Positions 7,207-15,856 of a DNA stretch of 15,856 nucleotides are shown in pieces. The notes beneath the pieces were generated by a model. That model did no database searches, was not told the DNA's origin, and worked only from the letters and a program-made list of their open reading frames with translations. The translations under genes and the position numbers were made by a program. Source of the DNA: a virus (Duplodnaviria; Heunggongvirae; Uroviricota; Caudoviricetes); the IMG/VR virus record IMGVR_UViG_2529292836_000010; one strand, given 5' to 3'. Position 1 is the stretch's first letter; each line of letters starts with the position of its first letter.

Positions 7207-10200
7207 TTTGGGGATTGATGCGGCAGAGTTTAAAAATGAAATTCCCCGTATCAAAAACCTTCTGAATGGTGCCGCCAGCGATGCAGAACGGTCTTCTGCC
7301 CGTATGCAGCGTTTTATGGAGCGTCAGACTCAGGCCGCCCGGCAGACAACGCAGGCGGCTTCTTCGGCTGCAACAGCCGCCTCCGTCCATGCGCAGACGG
7401 TGGAGAAGAACGCACAGGCTCATGAACGCATGGCCCGCGAGGTGGAGAAAACCCGCCAGCGCATGGAGGCGCTGAGCCAGAAAATGCGCGATGAACAGGC
7501 GCAGGCCATGGCTCTGGCGGAGGCTCAGGATAAAGCGGCTGCTGCGTTTTATCGTCAGATTGACAGTGTGAAACAGGCCAGTGCGGGGCTGCAGGAATTA
7601 CAGCGTATTCAGCAGCAGATCCGACAGGCCAGAAACAGTGGCGGGATTGGTCAGCAGGATTATCTGGCGCTGATTTCTGAGGTTACGGCGAAAACCCGTG
7701 TTCTTACACAGGCTGAGGAAGAGGCTACCCGACAGAAAGTGGCGTTTATCCGTCAGCTTAAAGAGCAGGCAACCCGCCAGAATCTTTCTTCTTCTGAGTT
7801 GCTTCGTGCTAAGGCTGCCCAGCTGGGGGTAAGCAGTGCTGCAGAAGTGTATATCCGCAAAATGGAGCAGGCAGGAAAAGCCACGCATTCGCAGGGTCTG
7901 AAAAGTGCAGCGGCCCGCCAGGAGATAGGCGTTCTGATAGGTGAACTGGCTCGCGGCAATTTAGGTGCGCTGAGGGGATCCGGGATAACGCTGGCTAACC
8001 GTGCCGGATGGATAGACACACTGATGTCACCGAAAGGCATGATGCTGGGCGGGGTTATTGGCGGTATTGCCGCGGCCGTCTATGGTCTGGGTAAAGCCTG
8101 GTATGACGGTCAGAAGGAGGGGGAAGAATTTAACCGCCAGTTGTCGCTGACGGGGCATTATGCCGGAGTCACTGCCGGGCAGCTGTGGACGCTCAGTCGT
8201 GCTATTTCCGGGAATGGTATCACGCAACATGCTGCAGCCGGTGCGCTGGCTCAGGTGGTGGGGAGTGGTGCATTTCGTGGAAACGATATCGGTATGGTGG
8301 CGAGAGCTGCCGCACAGATGGAGCGATCGGTTGGCCAGTCGGTCAGCGATACCATAAGTCAGTTTAAGCGGCTGAAGGATGATCCTGTAAATGCCGCGAA
8401 GGCTCTGGACAATGAGCTGCATTTTCTTACTGCCACTCAGCTTGAGCAGATACGCGTCCTTGGGGAACAGGGGCGGTCCAGTGATGCGGCACGGATAGCC
8501 ATGTCTGCACTGGCAGAGGAAACCGGTCGGCGTACTGCGGATATTGATAATAACCTCAATGCGCTGGGCAGTACGCTGAAGTATCTGTCTGATTTATGGA
8601 GGCGTTTCTGGGATGCGGCCATGAATATTGGTCGTGAAGACTCGCTGGATGAACAGATTTCCGCTTTACAGGAGAAAGTGTCGCGGGCGAAAAGACTCCC
8701 CTGGACGGCATCATCTTCTCAGGTTGAGTACGATCAGCAGCGTCTTAACGAGCTTCAGGAGAAAAAACGCCAGAAGGATTTGCAGGATGCAAAAGAGCAG
8801 GCAGAGCGGAATTATCAGGAGCAACAGAAACGCCGTAATGCTGAAAATGCTGCACTGAACCGGATGAATGAAACGGAAGCAGCACGACATCAGCGTGAAA
8901 TTGCGCGTATTAATGCCATGCAGTACGCCGATCAGGCTGTCAGGGATGCGGCGATACAACGTGAAAATGAACGTTACGAGAAAGCCCTGGCATCCGGTAA
9001 GAAAAAAACACGCGAAACCCGTAATGATGAGGCCACCCGGTTATTGCTGCAGTACAGTCAGCAACAGGCACAGGTGGAAGGACAGATTGCTGCTGCAAGA
9101 CAGTCAGCAGGCATTGCCACTGACAGGATGACAGAAGCGCATAAACAGCTTCTGGCTCTGCAGCAGCGCATCAGCGATCTGGACGGGAAAAAACTGACGG
9201 CAGATGAAAAGAGTGTGCTGGCCCGTAAAGATGAACTGATTCAGGCACTGACGCTGCTGGATGTAAAACAGCAGGAGCTTCAGAAACAGACGGCACTCAA
9301 CGATCTGAAGAAAAAAACAATTCAGCTGACCAGTCAACTGGCTGAAGAAGAGCGCGCTCAGCGCCAGCAACATGACCTGGATATCGCCACGGTGGGTATG
9401 GGTGATCAGCAGCGGCAGCGATATCAGGTACAACTGAGTCTTCGCCAGAAATACCAGCAACAGCTGGAGCAGTTGAGGCGGGATAGTGAGCAGAAAGGAA
9501 CATATAACACGGATGACTACAGAAAGGCCGAGCAGGCGCTGACGGAGAGCCTGAACCGACAACTGAATGAGAATCGCCGTTATTGGCAACAGCTTGAAAT
9601 TGCTCAGGGTGACTGGAAAAACGGAGTCCTGCGTGCACTCCAGAATGTCACTGAGAAAGCGGATAACACAGCCGGGACAGTGGAACAGTTGTTCACGTCT
9701 GCGTTCAGTAGCATGAGTGACTGGCTGGCGACATTCTGTACTACAGGCAAACTCAATTTCAAATCCTTCACCTCTTCTGTGCTGTCAGATATGTCCAGAA
9801 TCATGGCTCAGATAGCTTTAATGAAAGCGGTAAAAGGTATTGCTTCCGCGCTGCCTTTTGATTTTGTAGCCAATGCTGATGGCGGTGTTTATCAGTCGGC
9901 TGATTTGAGTCGCTACAGTGGCACGGTGGTTAACCGTCCGACGTTTTTTGCTTTTGCAAAAGGCGCGGGTGTGATGGGGGAAGCTGGACCTGAAGCCATT
10001 CTGCCACTGCGTCGTGGTGCTGACGGTAAGCTGGGGGTTGTGGCGGATATTGGTGGTTCAGGTATGGCGATGTTTGCCCCGCAGTACAACATCGAGATCA
10101 ATAACGATGGCACGAACGGGCAGATAGGTCCGGCTGCCCTGAAGGTGGTTTATGACCTTGGGAAAAAAGCGGCAGCGGACTTTATGCAACAGCAGGCCCG

Positions 10201-10234
10201 TGATGGTGGTCGGTTAAGTGGAGCATATCGGTAA
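7178..10234 (+). CDS. H: Tail tape measure protein H-like (1018 aa)
   Basis: GGAGG at 7165-7169 lies 8 nt before ATG 7178. N-terminus MDQIANLVIDLGIDAAEFKNEI matches recalled lambda gpH MAEPVGDLVVDLSLDAARFDEQ. There is a long Q/R/E-rich coiled-coil centre, and the C-terminus INNDGTNGQIGPAALKVVYDL...DGG matches the gpH C-terminus. The track start 7148 is rejected. Confidence 0.9.
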   Translation: MDQIANLVIDLGIDAAEFKNEIPRIKNLLNGAASDAERSSARMQRFMERQTQAARQTTQAASSAATAASVHAQTVEKNAQAHERMAREVEKTRQRMEALSQKMRDEQAQAMALAEAQDKAAAAFYRQIDSVKQASAGLQELQRIQQQIRQARNSGGIGQQDYLALISEVTAKTRVLTQAEEEATRQKVAFIRQLKEQATRQNLSSSELLRAKAAQLGVSSAAEVYIRKMEQAGKATHSQGLKSAAARQEIGVLIGELARGNLGALRGSGITLANRAGWIDTLMSPKGMMLGGVIGGIAAAVYGLGKAWYDGQKEGEEFNRQLSLTGHYAGVTAGQLWTLSRAISGNGITQHAAAGALAQVVGSGAFRGNDIGMVARAAAQMERSVGQSVSDTISQFKRLKDDPVNAAKALDNELHFLTATQLEQIRVLGEQGRSSDAARIAMSALAEETGRRTADIDNNLNALGSTLKYLSDLWRRFWDAAMNIGREDSLDEQISALQEKVSRAKRLPWTASSSQVEYDQQRLNELQEKKRQKDLQDAKEQAERNYQEQQKRRNAENAALNRMNETEAARHQREIARINAMQYADQAVRDAAIQRENERYEKALASGKKKTRETRNDEATRLLLQYSQQQAQVEGQIAAARQSAGIATDRMTEAHKQLLALQQRISDLDGKKLTADEKSVLARKDELIQALTLLDVKQQELQKQTALNDLKKKTIQLTSQLAEEERAQRQQHDLDIATVGMGDQQRQRYQVQLSLRQKYQQQLEQLRRDSEQKGTYNTDDYRKAEQALTESLNRQLNENRRYWQQLEIAQGDWKNGVLRALQNVTEKADNTAGTVEQLFTSAFSSMSDWLATFCTTGKLNFKSFTSSVLSDMSRIMAQIALMKAVKGIASALPFDFVANADGGVYQSADLSRYSGTVVNRPTFFAFAKGAGVMGEAGPEAILPLRRGADGKLGVVADIGGSGMAMFAPQYNIEINNDGTNGQIGPAALKVVYDLGKKAAADFMQQQARDGGRLSGAYR

Positions 10235-10563
10235 TGGAGACGTTTCACTGGAAAGTGCGCCCGGATATGAATGTGGTATCAGAGCCGAAAGTGGTGACAG
10301 TGAAGCTGGGCGATGGTTATGAACAGCGTCGTGCGGCGGGACTGAATAACCAGTTGTCGACTTACAGCGTGACGATACGTGTTCGTAAATGTGAACACCC
10401 ATCTTTGAAAGCCTTTCTGGAACGGCACGGTGGCGTCCGCGCATTTCAGTGGACGCCACCTTATGACTGGAAGCCGATCAGGGTGGTTTGTCGTAAATGG
10501 TCGGCAAGCGTGGGGGCGCTGTGGGTAACCATAACGGCAGATTTTGAACAGGTCGTGGCATAG
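10234..10563 (+). CDS. M: Tail tip protein M-like (109 aa)
   Basis: METFHWKVRPDMNVVSEPKVVTVKLGDGYEQRR.AGLN..L.TYSVT...HGG...F.WTPPY.W...V.C.KWS matches recalled lambda gpM (MKTFRWKVKPGMDVASVP..GDGYSQRAPAGLNANLKTYSVT). The start overlaps the H stop (TAATG). Confidence 0.9.
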   Translation: METFHWKVRPDMNVVSEPKVVTVKLGDGYEQRRAAGLNNQLSTYSVTIRVRKCEHPSLKAFLERHGGVRAFQWTPPYDWKPIRVVCRKWSASVGALWVTITADFEQVVA

Positions 10564-10572
10564 GAGGCTCTG

Positions 10573-11271
10573 ATGCAGGATATTCCACAGGAAACACATC
10601 ATGAGACGACACGCCTCACTCAGTCAGCCCAGGTGGTGCTCTGGGAAATCGATCTGACAGAGGTCGGTGGTGAACGTTATTTTTTCTGTAATGAGCAGAA
10701 CGAAAAAGGTGAGCCGGTTACCTGGCAGGGGCGGCAGTATCAGGCATACCCCATTCAGGGGACAGGATTTGAACTGAACGGCAAGGGCAGTGCTGCCCGT
10801 CCGACACTGACGGTTTCTAACCTGCACGGTATGGTCACCGGGATGGCGGAAGATCTGCAGAGTCTGGTCGGCGGAACGGTGGTCCGGCGTAAGGTTTACG
10901 CCCGTTTTCTGGATGCGGTGAACTTCGTCAACGGAAACAGCGACGCCGATCCGGAGCAGGAGGTGATTAGCCGCTGGCGCATCGAGCAGTGCAGCGAACT
11001 GAGCGCGGTCAGTGCCTCCTTTGTACTGTCCACGCCGACTGAAACGGATGGTGCCGTTTTTCCGGGGCGCATCATGCTGGCTAATACCTGCACCTGGACC
11101 TATCGCGGTGATGAGTGCGGTTATAACGGTCCGGCGGTCGCGGATGAATATGACCAGCCGACGTCCGATATCACGAAGGATAAATGCAGCAAATGCCTGA
11201 GTGGCTGTAAGTTTCGCAATAATGTCGGCAACTTTGGCGGCTTCCTTTCCATTAACAAACTTTCGCAGTAA
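10573..11271 (+). CDS. L: Tail tip protein L-like with C-terminal Cys cluster (232 aa)
   Basis: GGAGG at 10562-10566 precedes ATG 10573. Essentially collinear with recalled lambda gpL (SAQVVLWEIDLTEVGGERYFFCNEQNEKGEPVTWQGRQYQAYPIQG...) and ends in the Cys-rich CSKCLSGCKF motif known to bind an Fe-S cluster. Confidence 0.9.
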   Translation: MQDIPQETHHETTRLTQSAQVVLWEIDLTEVGGERYFFCNEQNEKGEPVTWQGRQYQAYPIQGTGFELNGKGSAARPTLTVSNLHGMVTGMAEDLQSLVGGTVVRRKVYARFLDAVNFVNGNSDADPEQEVISRWRIEQCSELSAVSASFVLSTPTETDGAVFPGRIMLANTCTWTYRGDECGYNGPAVADEYDQPTSDITKDKCSKCLSGCKFRNNVGNFGGFLSINKLSQ

Positions 11272-11276
11272 ATCCC

Positions 11277-12028
11277 ATGACACAGACAGAATCAGCGATT
11301 CTGGCGCACGCCCGGCGATGTGCGCCAGCGGAGTCGTGCGGCTTCGTGGTAAGCACGCCGGAGGGGGAAAGATATTTCCCCTGCGTGAATATCTCCGGTG
11401 AGCCGGAGGCGTATTTCCGTATGTCGCCGGAAGACTGGCTGCAGGCAGAAATGCAGGGTGAGATTGTGGCGCTGGTCCACAGCCACCCCGGTGGTCTGCC
11501 CTGGCTGAGTGAGGCTGACCGGCGGCTGCAGGTGCAGAGTGATTTGCCGTGGTGGCTGGTCTGCCGGGGTGAGATTCATAAATTCCGCTGTGTGCCGCAT
11601 CTCACCGGGCGGCGCTTTGAGCACGGGGTGACGGACTGTTACACGCTGTTCCGGGATGCTTACCATCTGGCGGGGATTGAGATGCCGGATTTTCATCGTG
11701 AGGATGACTGGTGGCGTACGGTCAGAATCTCTATCTGGATAATCTGGAGGCACAGGGCTTATCAGGTGCCGTTGTCAGCGGCGCAGCCGGGCGATGTGCT
11801 GCTGTGCTGTTTTGGTTCATCGGTGCCGAATCATGCCGCTATTTACTGCGGCGACGGCGAGCTGCTGCACCATATTCCTGAACAACTGAGAAACGAGAGA
11901 GGTATACCGACAAATGGCAGCGACGCACACACTCCCTCTGGCGTCACCGGGCATGGCCGCATCTGCCTTTACGGGGATTTGCAACGATTTGGCCGCCGCA
12001 TCGACCTTCGTGTGAAAACGGGGGCTGA
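11277..12028 (+). pseudogene. K: Tail tip assembly protein K-like (JAMM/MPN plus NlpC/P60 domains), apparently frame-disrupted
   Basis: JAMM motif E..HSHPGGLPWLSEAD and NlpC/P60 Cys/His contexts (GVTDCYTLF, NHAAIY) are present. Around 11715-11765 the ORF frame reads the atypical WRTVRISIWIIWRHRA, whereas an alternate frame gives the lambda-like GQNLYLDNLEAQGL. Downstream, the frame-0 ORF no longer stops at the expected K end (frame-2 TGA at 12026-12028) but reads on into I. Confidence 0.7.
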
Positions 12029-12556
12029 AGCCATCCGGGCGCTGGCCACACAGCTCCCGGCGTTTCGTCAGAAACTGAATGACGGCTGGTATCAGGTGCG
12101 CATTGCCGGGCGTGATGCAGGCGAAACCGAATTATCTGCCCGTCTTAATGAGCCGCTGGCAAATGGTGCCGTGATCCATATCGTGCCGCGTCTGGCGGGA
12201 GCTAAAAGTGGCGGTGTGTTTCAGGTGGTGCTGGGGGCGGCGTTGATTGCGGTGGCATGGTGGAACCCTGTGGGCTGGCTGGGTGCCGCGGCTGTATCGG
12301 GATGTATGCGCAGGGGCCAGTATGATCCTGGGGGTGTGGCGCAGATGCTGGCACCGAAAGCCAGGACGCCACGGCAGCCAGTACAGATAACGGCAAACAG
12401 AACACCTATTTCTCCTCACTGGATAACATGGTTGCCCAGGGCAATGTTCTGCCGGTTCTGTACGGTGAAATGCGCGTGGGGTCGCGGGTGGTTTCTCAGG
12501 AGATCAGCACGGCAGACGAAGGGGATGGTGGTCAGGTTGTGGTGATTGGTCGCTGA
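11914..12556 (+). pseudogene. I: Tail tip assembly protein I-like, split over three reading frames
   Basis: ATG 11914 gives MAATHTLPLASPGMA, matching the recalled gpI N-terminus, then a stop after 33 codons. The next gpI block (RICLYGDLQRFGRRIDLRVKTGAEAIRALATQLPAFRQ...GGVAQMLAPKARTPR) is in frame 0, fused to the K ORF. The last block (DNGKQNTYFSSLDNMVAQGNVLPVLYGEMRVGSRVVSQEISTADEGDGGQVVVIGR*) is in frame 2 and ends at 12554-12556. Confidence 0.7.
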
Positions 12557-12574
12557 TGAAAAACGTTTATGTGA

Positions 12575-12594
12575 AACCGCCTCCGGGCGGTTTT
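12575..12594 (+). terminator. Terminator-like hairpin in the I-J intergenic region
   Basis: 7-bp stem AACCGCC (12575-12581), loop TCCG, GGCGGTT (12586-12592), followed by a T-rich tract (ttttgtcgttt). It lies in a 59-nt gap before the J SD (GGAG at 12604-12607). Confidence 0.3.
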
Positions 12595-12615
12595 GTCGTT
12601 TATGGAGCGTGACGA

Positions 12616-15856
<3,241 letters not shown>

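Noticed and set aside
7266-7475. Arg-rich 69-aa + strand ORF and similar short ORFs inside H (for example 8160-8357, 8628-8858, 8868-9131)
   Set aside because: Out-of-frame overlaps of the H coding sequence with biased composition; no independent start signals.
9104-9589. 161-aa minus-strand ORF (and neighbouring 9297-9638 ORF) inside H
   Set aside because: Antisense to the repetitive coiled-coil region of the tape measure gene; Leu/Gln-rich product typical of antisense translation of such repeats.
10624-11283. 219-aa minus-strand ORF covering the whole L gene
   Set aside because: It is exactly antisense to a highly conserved, intact L gene in a GC-rich region where long antisense ORFs arise by chance. 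It has no SD and no recognisable domain.
11277-12545. 422-aa ORF that could be read as a novel K-I fusion protein
   Set aside because: Its C-terminal 55 codons and an internal 14-codon patch are out-of-frame translations of conserved K/I sequence. The fusion arises from frame-shifting deletions, not a natural architecture.

Overview
This window is the late morphogenesis (head and tail) operon of a lambdoid prophage from an enterobacterial genome, with every credible gene on the + strand. The order is: the right end of an IS66-family insertion sequence (1-224), a short 3' remnant of the upstream gene, then gpW-like, portal, a fused ClpP-like protease/major capsid protein, two small head-completion genes, and a lambda-type tail module Z-U-V-G/GT-H-M-L-K-I-J, with J running off the 3' edge. 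Genes from W through L (about 300-11271) are intact and tightly packed with overlapping stop/start codons. In contrast, K, I and the 5' two-thirds of J (about 11.7-14.8 kb) contain many apparent single-nucleotide deletions that break or locally shift the reading frame. I could not find any defence, anti-defence or cargo system: there are no sizeable intergenic gaps, no credible minus-strand genes, no CRISPR repeats and no RNA genes. The points most worth a second look are the IS66 insertion next to the head genes, the frame-disruption cluster in K/I/J (true decay versus assembly error), the variant G/GT slippery site and the mosaic head/tail junction. All homology statements rest on recalled protein families and lambda protein sequences, not on a database search.
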